Origin: Candidatus Woesearchaeota archaeon
Lineage (GTDB): Archaea > Nanobdellota > Nanobdellia > Pacearchaeales > GW2011-AR1
NCBI GenBank assembly: GCA_964598185.1
Contig: CAZRAT010000001.1
Span: forward strand, 3,419 to 67,418
Direction: 5' to 3'
Length of the DNA stretch: 64,000 nucleotides
Positions 19,079 to 28,360 of the stretch are shown piece after piece. The position numbers and the translations under genes were made by a program. The notes under the pieces were generated by a model. It worked only from the letters and a program-made list of their open reading frames with translations, ran no database searches and was not told the DNA's origin. Numbering within the stretch: position 1 is the stretch's first letter; each line of letters begins with the position of its first letter.

Positions 19079-21436
19079 ATGAAAAAAGCTCCAGAAAAAA
19101 CAAAGGAAGAAAAAACCGCTGAAAATTATTTTCCAGTTGACACAACAGATTTAAAATATACAACTGAAAAAATAGAAAAAGCTCCTCCTAAAAGAGAAGA
19201 AGTCTTAAGAGGTTCAATTGAAAAAGAATACAAAAAACCAGAAAGAACTTCTTTAGAAACAATTGAAAAAATAAATCCTATAAAAAAGAAAACAAGGAAA
19301 AAAAGAATTACTAAAAAAAGAAACACAAAAACAACAATAAAAAAATTTATTCCTCAAAAAATTACTCTTAAAAAAACAGGTTATGAATTAATTATCACAG
19401 AAAAACCTCAAGCCGCATCAAAAATTGCTCAGGCACTTGGAAAAGCAACTCAAAAGACAGACAATAAAATTTCTTATTATGAAGTAAATCGAGAAGGAAA
19501 ACAAATAATTGTCGCGTGCGCTGTTGGACATTTATTAACTTTAAAACAAAATGTTCCCGGCTCATCTGTCCCAATTTTTGACATCTCCTGGGTTCCAAAT
19601 TATTTAGCAAATTCAAAAGCAAGTTTCACAAAAAAATATTACAACACTTTGTTAAAATTAGCAAAAAACGCAGGAAGCCTAACAGTTGCAACAGATTATG
19701 ATATTGAAGGAGAAGTAATCGGCATGAATATTGTCAGATTCATTTGCAATCAAAAAGACGCAAACCGAATGAAGTTCTCTACCTTGACAGAACAAGAATT
19801 AAATGAAGCATATGAAAACAAATCAAAACATATTGATTGGGGACAGGCAATTGCAGGAGAAACAAGACATCATTTAGATTGGTATTATGGTATAAATTTA
19901 TCACGGGCTTTGATGAACGCAATAAAAACAACCGGCAAATTTCGGATAATGTCTATTGGAAGAGTCCAAGGTCCTGCTCTAAATTTAATTGTTCAAAGAG
20001 AGAGAAAAATCCAGACTTTCAAACCAGAACCTTATTGGCAGGTTTTTATTAATATTCAAAAAGAAGGAGAAAAACCATTTCCTGAAAAATTAAAGCACAA
20101 TAAAGATATTTTTAATAAAAATGATTTGCCCCAATTTGAAGGATTAATTGGAAAAACAGTTGAAGCGAAAACAAAAAAAACAGAACAAATTATTCCTCCA
20201 AATCCTCCATTTAATTTAACAACTCTTCAAACAGAATCTTACAAATTTTATGGCTTGACTCCATCTAAAACTTTACAAATTGCCCAATCACTTTATTTAG
20301 CAGGATTAATTTCTTACCCTAGAACATCTTCTCAAAAACTTCCTGCTTCAATTGGTTACAAAGAAATTTTAAAAAAACTTGCAAAAGAATACGATGTTGA
20401 AAAATTAATCACAAAAAATAAACCAATTGAAGGGAAAAAATCAGACTCTGCTCACCCTTCAATTTACCCAACAGGGAACAAACAAATTTTATCTGGAGAT
20501 GAAGAAAAAATATACAATTTAATCGTTAAAAGATTTCTATCTCTCTTCTGCGACGACGCTATTATTGATAATAAAAAAGTTTCTGTAACAACCAACAATT
20601 TATTATTTAGTGCTAATGGTTCTTCAATTAGAAAAAAGGCTTGGCTTGAAATTTACCCTTCTAAATCTAAACATGTTGAAATTCCTGATTTAGAAGGACC
20701 AGTAAAAATCATAGATCTGAAAACAGAAGAAAAAGAAACTCAACCTCCAAAAAGATATTCTCCTGCTTCAATTTTATCCGAACTTGAAAAAAGAAACCTC
20801 GGAACAAAAACAACTCGTTCTTCAATTCTTGAAACACTTTATAATAGAGGATATGTAAAAGAAAAATCAATTGAAGCAACCCCTCTTGGAATTTCTTTAA
20901 TCTCAACTCTTGAAAAATATTCTCCAATTATAATTGATGAAAAATTGACCAGAAGTTTTGAAGACCAAATGCAATCAATTGTTGAAGCAAAAAAAGAATT
21001 AAAAATAAAAGAAGAAAAAATTTTGGAAAAAGCAAAAAAAACTTTAATTGACATTTCAAAAGACTTTAATAAGAATGAAAAAGAAATTGGAAAAGAACTT
21101 TTAGTTGCGAATCTTAAATTAAGAGAACAACAAAAAATCGAAAATACTTTAACTCAATGCCCTGTTTGTAAAAAAGGAGACCTCGCAATAACTTATTCAA
21201 GAAAAACAAAAAAGCATTTTGTTGCCTGCGATGCCTATCCAAATTGCAAAACAACTTTTAGTCTTCCTCCTGGAACAATCAAAAAAACAGAAAAAACCTG
21301 TGAAAAATGTGGCTTTCCTTTAATGATGAGTTTAAAGCATGGAAAACGCCCATGGTTTTTTTGTTTTAATTCTGCTTGCGAATCAAATAAAGAAAGACTA
21401 GAGGAATATAGAAAAAAGCAAGAAGAAAAAGCCTAA
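19079..21436 (+). CDS. topA: DNA topoisomerase, type IA, with a lysine-rich N-terminal extension and C-terminal Zn ribbons
   Basis: 785 aa; Toprim DYDIEGE, active-site Tyr in ISYPRTSSQ, C-terminal CPVCKKG...CDAYPNC...CEKCG zinc fingers. Confidence 0.9.
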   Translation: MKKAPEKTKEEKTAENYFPVDTTDLKYTTEKIEKAPPKREEVLRGSIEKEYKKPERTSLETIEKINPIKKKTRKKRITKKRNTKTTIKKFIPQKITLKKTGYELIITEKPQAASKIAQALGKATQKTDNKISYYEVNREGKQIIVACAVGHLLTLKQNVPGSSVPIFDISWVPNYLANSKASFTKKYYNTLLKLAKNAGSLTVATDYDIEGEVIGMNIVRFICNQKDANRMKFSTLTEQELNEAYENKSKHIDWGQAIAGETRHHLDWYYGINLSRALMNAIKTTGKFRIMSIGRVQGPALNLIVQRERKIQTFKPEPYWQVFINIQKEGEKPFPEKLKHNKDIFNKNDLPQFEGLIGKTVEAKTKKTEQIIPPNPPFNLTTLQTESYKFYGLTPSKTLQIAQSLYLAGLISYPRTSSQKLPASIGYKEILKKLAKEYDVEKLITKNKPIEGKKSDSAHPSIYPTGNKQILSGDEEKIYNLIVKRFLSLFCDDAIIDNKKVSVTTNNLLFSANGSSIRKKAWLEIYPSKSKHVEIPDLEGPVKIIDLKTEEKETQPPKRYSPASILSELEKRNLGTKTTRSSILETLYNRGYVKEKSIEATPLGISLISTLEKYSPIIIDEKLTRSFEDQMQSIVEAKKELKIKEEKILEKAKKTLIDISKDFNKNEKEIGKELLVANLKLREQQKIENTLTQCPVCKKGDLAITYSRKTKKHFVACDAYPNCKTTFSLPPGTIKKTEKTCEKCGFPLMMSLKHGKRPWFFCFNSACESNKERLEEYRKKQEEKA

Positions 21437-21466
21437 GTTTTTATATCCTATTTTGTTATTAAAATA

Positions 21467-22060
21467 ATGGACGCAAAGAAAAAAAGATGGTTGATTATTT
21501 GCATTGCAATTGGAGTTTTATTAATCTTGTACTTTCTTAAAAATTCTTCAATGTTTGTGCGAGTTGCAGGTTTTGCAATAGGTTTTCTAATTTTTTATTT
21601 TCTTGATACTTTTTTCAAAATAAATTTCCAACCAAAACATTACATCTACATTTTAATTATCTTAATTTCAGGAATTCTTCTTGCACCACTTTATTTTCTT
21701 TCTGAAAACTACGACAAAATCCTACACCTTATCTCGCCAATTTTAGGAAGTGCATTAATTTTCCATATGATTAATAACCAACGTCTAAATTTTCAATGGA
21801 AATTATTAGTCACTTTCATGTTTATTTTATCTTTTCTTGCACTTCACGAAATGGGTGAATACCTTATTGACTTGCTCTGGGATTTCAAATTACAAGGAGT
21901 TTATATTCGGGATATATCTGGAATTGAAAAACTAAATTTAGTTTTGCCTAAAAACGACGACACAATGATTGATATGCTAATTGGAACTCTTGGAGGAGCA
22001 ATATTCACAATAGGAAAATCAATTACTTATATGTGGAAAAAGAAAACAAGAAGAAAATAA
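21467..22060 (+). CDS. Hypothetical polytopic membrane protein
   Basis: 197 aa with about 5 hydrophobic helices. Confidence 0.35.
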   Translation: MDAKKKRWLIICIAIGVLLILYFLKNSSMFVRVAGFAIGFLIFYFLDTFFKINFQPKHYIYILIILISGILLAPLYFLSENYDKILHLISPILGSALIFHMINNQRLNFQWKLLVTFMFILSFLALHEMGEYLIDLLWDFKLQGVYIRDISGIEKLNLVLPKNDDTMIDMLIGTLGGAIFTIGKSITYMWKKKTRRK

Positions 22061-22255
22061 AAAAATAAAATTAATAACAAACATTTCTTATACCAAAGAT
22101 TATGAAAAATTTGTGACCGGCTTACCAATACCATTTGTTCAAACACAATGGAAAAGATCAGGAAACGATACACTCCATATTTCTAGAAAAGATTCTGAAG
22201 AATATTTTTTTATAATAAGTCCCTCAGAATCTCCCTTGATAAAAAAAATTTAATT

Positions 22256-22987
22256 TTATATCCAACCGCGTCTTCTAATCCCGCTATCAATAATTTCAAA
22301 ACTAAATTCTTTCTCAGGCAAACTCCTATGCTTCAACAAAACTGCTTTTCGCCTTGCCCCACTTTTCTTTAACTCAATTATACATTTACTCCAATATTTC
22401 ATTAAGTCTCCTCCAACAATATTCATCTCACGTTCAACTCCTTTCTTCCAATCGTCTTCAGATAAAAACCCCCCATAAACCTGATTTGTAATAATAATAG
22501 GAATCTTCTGCTTCCGCGCAATCTCAGCCAAAACCCTCATCTGTTTTGCAATCTCACTATTTACTTTTTTGATACTATCAGAATTTTTCGATTTAATTGC
22601 ATCCCCCAACTCAAGCCGATACAACATCGCCATCCCGTCAACAACAATCAAACTAACATGATTTTTCTTAACCCTTTCCAACAACTTCAAAAAACACTTT
22701 TTCTGCTCTTCAAAATTCACAGGCTCCAGCAACAAAATATTTTCTAAAACCTTCTCGCAATCTTCTCCAACAATTTGTCTAACTCTATCAACAGAAAACC
22801 CTCCTTCTGTATCAACAAAAATAATCTTGTTATCTTTTTTTGCCTGACTACAACAAACCAAAAAACAAAAATTCGTCTTCCCACAACCTGGAGGCCCAGC
22901 AATCATCGTAATCACATCTTTCTCATAACCTCCTTCAATCCATTTTGTAAAATCCAAGTTCCCTGTAGAAATTTTATTTTCATTCAT
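22256..22987 (-). CDS. radB: RadB-type recombinase paralog (RecA/RadA superfamily ATPase)
   Basis: 243 aa; Walker A GPPGCGKT and DTEGGFSVDRVRQI typical of RadA/RadB. Confidence 0.65.
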   Translation of the reverse strand: MNENKISTGNLDFTKWIEGGYEKDVITMIAGPPGCGKTNFCFLVCCSQAKKDNKIIFVDTEGGFSVDRVRQIVGEDCEKVLENILLLEPVNFEEQKKCFLKLLERVKKNHVSLIVVDGMAMLYRLELGDAIKSKNSDSIKKVNSEIAKQMRVLAEIARKQKIPIIITNQVYGGFLSEDDWKKGVEREMNIVGGDLMKYWSKCIIELKKSGARRKAVLLKHRSLPEKEFSFEIIDSGIRRRGWI

Positions 22988-23026
22988 AAAAAATAAAGAA
23001 AACTAATGTTAATAAGGATTATGATA

Positions 23027-23290
23027 CTACTTCATCTTTTTAAAATCATTAAGTGTTTTATCCAAATCTTTTCCAATAGAATTAATCGCATCTGTAATTG
23101 CTTTCTTCGCTATTTTGCCCTTTGTCTTGACTTTCAAAACAGGTTTCTCTGTAGGGTGCTTTCTTTCCCACGCTGCAAAATCAACAGAAGAATCCTTATT
23201 CAAATAAACTCTAAGAATCTCCGCAATCGTCAAACTTTCAACTTCAACTTCCATTTCGTCTTTTGATTGTTTCAAAATATTAATTTCCAT
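23027..23290 (-). CDS. rpoL: DNA-directed RNA polymerase subunit L (Rpo11)
   Basis: 87 aa; pattern EVEVESLTIAEILRVYL...FAAWERKHPTEKPVLKVKT matches RpoL/RPB11. Confidence 0.75.
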   Translation of the reverse strand: MEINILKQSKDEMEVEVESLTIAEILRVYLNKDSSVDFAAWERKHPTEKPVLKVKTKGKIAKKAITDAINSIGKDLDKTLNDFKKMK

Positions 23291-23324
23291 ATTAAATTAG
23301 AATAAATTTGATTTAAAAAACTTG

Positions 23325-24113
23325 TCATTTTCCAAAAAGAATCCTGTCAATCTCTTCTTGAGAAATATCTTCCTTATCAAAATCAATTTTCTCTGGCTTC
23401 TCAAAAATCTCTTCTTCTCTTTTCTGTTTCATCTCCTGTAAATCAGAAATTGTTAAAGTTCTTGTAGTAATATCATCAAACTTAACCTTGTCTTCATTAA
23501 CCTTTTGCGCAAATTCTTCTTTAATAATCTCAACATCTTCATCAAAAGAATCTTTGCTATCTGTATTTACTTCCCTATTCACAAAGAGTTCTCCCCTTGG
23601 TGCAAACTCGTCCCTAATTCTAATTCCCAAATAATCCTCAATTTTATTTACTAATACAAAATCATTCTTAGGAAGAACCCCTTTCTCTGCCATCTTAATT
23701 GCCTCCTCAGATTCTTCAATTGCTTCTGCAAACTGTTTTTGGTTCAATTTCTTAGACCTTCTCGCTCTCATAATAATCCAATGAAAATTATCAATCATTC
23801 CCAAAGGATTTTTATCTAAAACATTCTTGCGAAAATTTTCATTTGCAATCTTCATCAAAGATTCATCTAATACTTCTTTTGATACTTGCATGCACTCTTC
23901 TTTCTCATTTTTCACTTCAATTCCAGATAAACGGGAAAGCCTTTCATGAACCGTCGGTCTCTTTTCAAACTCTTCTTGCATATATTTCATAAGCGGTATA
24001 TCCTCTTCAAAAGAACATTTCCTACAAATTCTAACAATTCCTTTTTCAGAAATAGCACCAAAAAGCAAAGCCCTATCTCCTGAAACCCCGCACTTAAAAC
24101 ATTTATCCATCAT
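23325..24113 (-). CDS. MBF1-like protein: N-terminal Zn ribbon, Cro/C1-type HTH, and a long acidic C-terminal tail
   Basis: 262 aa; CFKCG...CRKC, then IMRARRSKKLNQKQFAEAIEESEEAIKMAEKG (HTH_3-like). Confidence 0.5.
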   Translation of the reverse strand: MMDKCFKCGVSGDRALLFGAISEKGIVRICRKCSFEEDIPLMKYMQEEFEKRPTVHERLSRLSGIEVKNEKEECMQVSKEVLDESLMKIANENFRKNVLDKNPLGMIDNFHWIIMRARRSKKLNQKQFAEAIEESEEAIKMAEKGVLPKNDFVLVNKIEDYLGIRIRDEFAPRGELFVNREVNTDSKDSFDEDVEIIKEEFAQKVNEDKVKFDDITTRTLTISDLQEMKQKREEEIFEKPEKIDFDKEDISQEEIDRILFGK

Positions 24114-24156
24114 AAAAAAAGAAAAAGGGCATTTTTTAAGATTGTTGTGTTAGAAA

Positions 24157-24813
24157 TCAATTAAGATATTTATCTATTTCTTCTAATTCATTAATACTTA
24201 CAATTTTGATTTTCTCGTCAATCAAAACCGTAGGCAATTCAGTAATATTATATTCTTCAATAAGCAAATTAATTGCGAAAAGATTATTATCTGCTGCTAT
24301 AGGAATAAGCATAATCTTGTCTTGTTTTTCTTGTTTTAACTGAAATAATAAATTTGAAATAACATTTTGCTTTGATTTTTGTTCAAGAGAAGGTTCATTA
24401 TATTTATAAAAATAAACTAAATTATGGTAATCAGGATTGCATTTTTCTTTAATCTTAATACTATTAATCCAAAAAAGAGTTCTCAAAAGATCATATCTTT
24501 TATGCTGAATAACAATTTCGTTATTAATTCTACTTGCTTTTTCATATTCTTCGATAATTTGTGCTTGCTCATAAATGTCATCTGCAAATCTTATGTTTTC
24601 TCTCACAAGAAGGTCGCAATCAAAATCAATAAGCCCAAAAGCATCACTTTGAATTTTTTGATCCAAAAGTTCTAAATCTGATTCAAGATACCATTGATTT
24701 ATTTTATCTATCCTAGAACTTTCTAATTTATTACCCATAAAAATTCCAATATTAAAAACTATAAAAGTAATTACCAATGCTTGTAAAAATATGTATTTTT
24801 GATTTTTTTCCAT
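24157..24813 (-). CDS. Hypothetical membrane-anchored protein (translationally coupled to the GT2 gene)
   Basis: 218 aa; single N-terminal TM; its start abuts the GT2 stop. Confidence 0.3.
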   Translation of the reverse strand: MEKNQKYIFLQALVITFIVFNIGIFMGNKLESSRIDKINQWYLESDLELLDQKIQSDAFGLIDFDCDLLVRENIRFADDIYEQAQIIEEYEKASRINNEIVIQHKRYDLLRTLFWINSIKIKEKCNPDYHNLVYFYKYNEPSLEQKSKQNVISNLLFQLKQEKQDKIMLIPIAADNNLFAINLLIEEYNITELPTVLIDEKIKIVSINELEEIDKYLN

Positions 24814-24814
24814 T

Positions 24815-26038
24815 TTATCTCCAAGTTCCAGTTCCCCTAATAAACTGATAAAGAGCTGTTATCATAATAAATGGGTATACTGAAAGATATATCAATAAAT
24901 AAAATAATAGATTAAAAATGTTTTGTTTAACTAAAATCTGAGATTTCATTATAAATAAAACTAAGATTGAGAAAACCGCTCCTGAAATAAACAAAATAAC
25001 CCCTAAATAATTAAGAAAACTTGGAGTGATTAAAAGATCATTCATAGTAAGAATAGATGTTCCTAATTCAATAGAATATTTTGTATAAAAAAAATTACTA
25101 ATGAATCTTGTACTAACCAAATAAACAAATATGCTTAACCCTAAAAGCCCCAAAAAAAGTTGAAGTGCAAAAAAAGGCAAGATAAAAAATCCTAACATTC
25201 CTTTTTTAAAAAAATATTTTTTATATTTAGAAATACATTGCAACCCCCCAATATTCCACCTTCTTCTTTGTTTATACCAAGCTTTAAATTTAATAGGAAC
25301 AGTGGTGGTAGCATGAGTTGCTAAACACATTTTTCTTTTATATCCTTCAAAAGCCAAATGCCAGGTTGCTTCTATATCTTCAGTAAGATTATTTTTATCA
25401 AATCCTTTTATCTTCTTAAGAGCAAATTTTCTATATAATGCAAGAGGACCAGGAGTAACATAAATAGCATCAACATAACCTAAAAGTTTTCTTGTAAAAG
25501 CGATAATATTATACTCAATTGCTTGTAATCTTTCAAAAAATCTTTTGTCATTCCTTGGTATAAAAACACATGTTACTGCTCCAACTTTCTTGTCATCAAA
25601 AAAACCAATCATTTTTTCAAACGAACCTTTATCCGGATAACTATCTGCATCAACAACCGCCACCAATTCTCCTTTAGCCATTTCAAGGCCCTGATTTAAT
25701 GAATCAGCTTTTCCAGAATTTTCTTTATTGAGAATTGTTAATTTTGGATATTCTTTTAATAATTTATCAACAATTTTTTTTGTATTATCCTTTGAACCAT
25801 CATTTAAAACAATTACTTCTTCCAAATCATATCCTGAAGAAAAAATCGCTCTAATTGTTCCTTCAATAGTTTTTTCCTCATTCCATGCAGGAACTAAAAC
25901 AGAAATAGAATACTTTTTATTTGTTTTTGGATAGTCAAAAAAATCTTTTCTATTCTTAAAAAATAAAGATAAAAATAAAGAAAGAAAATAAATTGAAACA
26001 AACATATACATTAAATAGATTATCGGGAGTGTTTCCAT
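24815..26038 (-). CDS. Processive family-2 glycosyltransferase (cellulose/chitin/hyaluronan-synthase-like)
   Basis: 407 aa; D,D,D GT-A core (NDGSKDNT, DADS) plus Q-R-R-R-W (QxxRW) and flanking TM helices. Confidence 0.8.
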   Translation of the reverse strand: METLPIIYLMYMFVSIYFLSLFLSLFFKNRKDFFDYPKTNKKYSISVLVPAWNEEKTIEGTIRAIFSSGYDLEEVIVLNDGSKDNTKKIVDKLLKEYPKLTILNKENSGKADSLNQGLEMAKGELVAVVDADSYPDKGSFEKMIGFFDDKKVGAVTCVFIPRNDKRFFERLQAIEYNIIAFTRKLLGYVDAIYVTPGPLALYRKFALKKIKGFDKNNLTEDIEATWHLAFEGYKRKMCLATHATTTVPIKFKAWYKQRRRWNIGGLQCISKYKKYFFKKGMLGFFILPFFALQLFLGLLGLSIFVYLVSTRFISNFFYTKYSIELGTSILTMNDLLITPSFLNYLGVILFISGAVFSILVLFIMKSQILVKQNIFNLLFYLLIYLSVYPFIMITALYQFIRGTGTWR

Positions 26039-26039
26039 T

Positions 26040-26588
26040 TTATCTTTCAGAAGACACTTCTTTTAAAGATTCTTGTAATCCACTACCAGAATCAGCAACA
26101 TTAAAATAATCATAAAACTCGTCACTCAAACTAAGAATATTTGTGTGCCCCTCTTTCTTTTTCTTTATTAAATTTAATTCAGAAAACTTTTTCACATGGT
26201 CATATGCCTTGTTCCCACGAATTTTAATCACAACCGACTGTTTAATCGGTTGCTTAAACGCAATAATCGCCAAAGTCTCTTGCTCTGCTTTTGAAAACTC
26301 AGCACTCCCTGTTGCTAACTTATTAATTATTCCTGAATATTCCTGCCTCACATCCATCTTCCACAAACCATTTTTTTCCACAATCTCCATGGCTGACTCT
26401 TGCTTTTCATATTTGTCTTTCAATTTATCAATCAACTTATTAATTATTATCGGATTCAAATCACTCAATGAAATCAATTCCCTCATATTCAAAAATCTGC
26501 CAGACACAAAAAAAACAGCTTCCAACCTTTTCAAATCTTCCTTCTCCCTGCTTTCATCAATTTCCTCTAATGTTTTGCTAGATACCAT
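26040..26588 (-). CDS. scpB: Segregation and condensation protein B (ScpB)
   Basis: 182 aa; LEAVFFVSGRF, QETLAIIAFKQPIKQSVVIKIRG and SDEFYDYF match the ScpB tandem winged-helix consensus. Confidence 0.75.
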   Translation of the reverse strand: MVSSKTLEEIDESREKEDLKRLEAVFFVSGRFLNMRELISLSDLNPIIINKLIDKLKDKYEKQESAMEIVEKNGLWKMDVRQEYSGIINKLATGSAEFSKAEQETLAIIAFKQPIKQSVVIKIRGNKAYDHVKKFSELNLIKKKKEGHTNILSLSDEFYDYFNVADSGSGLQESLKEVSSER

Positions 26589-26636
26589 AAATAAAATAAT
26601 AAGAAGTTATTTATAAGTATTTTCAATAATATTAAT

Positions 26637-27218
26637 ATGGGAGAAAACAAAACAGCAAATATTGTGGGGATAATTTTTCTTATTTTTGGGGTTGTTTCTA
26701 TTGTAAATTCTTTTTTCTTGAAAAACTTTCAAGGCATTCTATGGTTCTGTTATATAAGTCTAATAATTTTAGGAATAGGTTTTTTAAAAAAAAATCATTT
26801 TCTAATAAAAAGCCAACTTAACATTATTGCTATCCCTCTAATCATTTGGACATTTGATTTTATTTATTTTTTAATATTCAAACATTCTCTCTTAAACATA
26901 GTGGATTATTTTTTTCTATCAGGACCAATTTTATCAAAGATTATAACCCTCCAACATATATTCACAATTCCTCTTGCTATTTATACAATAAAATTTATCA
27001 AACCAATTTCAAAAAATTCCTGGAAGTTAAGTTTTATACAAACCTCAATAATTTTTATTCTTTCAAGAATTTTTTCAAATCCTGAACAAAACTTAAACTG
27101 GGTTTATCACACGAGTTTAAACTTAAATCTTCCTTATTATCCTATATTCTGGTTTGCAGGGATATTTTTTATGATAATATCAACAAATTTTTTACTTAAA
27201 AAAATAATTAAATTCTAA
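26637..27218 (+). CDS. Hypothetical polytopic membrane protein
   Basis: 193 aa, very hydrophobic. Confidence 0.3.
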   Translation: MGENKTANIVGIIFLIFGVVSIVNSFFLKNFQGILWFCYISLIILGIGFLKKNHFLIKSQLNIIAIPLIIWTFDFIYFLIFKHSLLNIVDYFFLSGPILSKIITLQHIFTIPLAIYTIKFIKPISKNSWKLSFIQTSIIFILSRIFSNPEQNLNWVYHTSLNLNLPYYPIFWFAGIFFMIISTNFLLKKIIKF

Positions 27219-28293
27219 ATCTAAGTATTGCACCAATCCCACTTAAATTCAAAAACTGTTCTCCTTCTGAATTATCAGTAGAAATAATCTCAATTGTAGA
27301 ACCAGTGTTTTTCGCGATTTTAATTAATTCTTGGGAAATCTTTTTATTAATTTCCTTAGAAAGCAACAAAGTCTCAACAGCCCCGTAATTCAATGCCTGT
27401 TTTGTATCTTCTTCTCCACGCGTCACCAAATAAGGTTTCTCTCCCAAAGTCTCAAAAAATTTCTCTAAAATTTTCTTTTCATGAATAACTTCTTGCTCAG
27501 CCAAAATATCCTGACTTGCTGTCACCAAATCTTTAAGCCCTGATTCATCTGTATTCCCAATATCTTTAACCCCAATAACTTTATCCTGCAACTGAGTTTG
27601 CAAATACTTTCCGTCAAGAAACTCATCTTTTGTCGGCACAGGACCTCCAACCAAAATCCCTTTCAACTTTTTATTCTCAAAAAAAATCTTCTTCATCTCC
27701 TCTGCAATTCTCTTATAAAAATCTTTTGTCAAACCTTCTGTAATTCTATGAAACCTCTGACTTGACTGCCCACCAGCCCTAACCTTGCTCGGAATACCAG
27801 AAGACATATTGTGCAACATCTCAATTCTCTTTCCTTCTAAAATTCCAATTGTTGCCTCTTTCCGGTCCATTACCAAAAGCCCATAAACCTCCTCAATCTC
27901 CAACTGGTCCTGTAAAACTTCTAGAACAAATTCTTTATCACAACGATACAACCTCATCTTCAAGGGCTGCGGCGGCTCAATATCCCACAATTGCAAATCA
28001 CTCTGTCCTTCTTGCTTAGAAATATTCCCTGCAAAAACAGCCATTCCATTCTCAGGAGTCTTCTTAAAATCCTTCAAAAATCGCACAATCTTATCCAAAG
28101 CATCACTAACATTCTTCCTCGTCGCAGTTGACTTAATATTCTTTGCCGTAGACTTCTCTGCCTCCAACTGCCTCTGCACAGCATTCACATCATAACCCTC
28201 CGGAATATAAACACTAATCAACTCAGTCGCACGCCCCTTATGTTTTTGCAATTCTTCTAAAACACTTTCAAGTTCTTCTTTAGATAGTTTCAT
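27208..28293 (-). CDS. prf1: Peptide chain release factor aRF1
   Basis: 361 aa; NIKS motif (TAKNIKSTATRKN) and GGQ motif (RAGGQSSQRF). Confidence 0.9.
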   Translation of the reverse strand: MKLSKEELESVLEELQKHKGRATELISVYIPEGYDVNAVQRQLEAEKSTAKNIKSTATRKNVSDALDKIVRFLKDFKKTPENGMAVFAGNISKQEGQSDLQLWDIEPPQPLKMRLYRCDKEFVLEVLQDQLEIEEVYGLLVMDRKEATIGILEGKRIEMLHNMSSGIPSKVRAGGQSSQRFHRITEGLTKDFYKRIAEEMKKIFFENKKLKGILVGGPVPTKDEFLDGKYLQTQLQDKVIGVKDIGNTDESGLKDLVTASQDILAEQEVIHEKKILEKFFETLGEKPYLVTRGEEDTKQALNYGAVETLLLSKEINKKISQELIKIAKNTGSTIEIISTDNSEGEQFLNLSGIGAILRFRI

Positions 28294-28360
28294 TGTTTCT
28301 CCTGAAATTGTCTAATAGAAATTTCATATTTGCTTTTGTTAATTTTGTCATTTTTATTTC

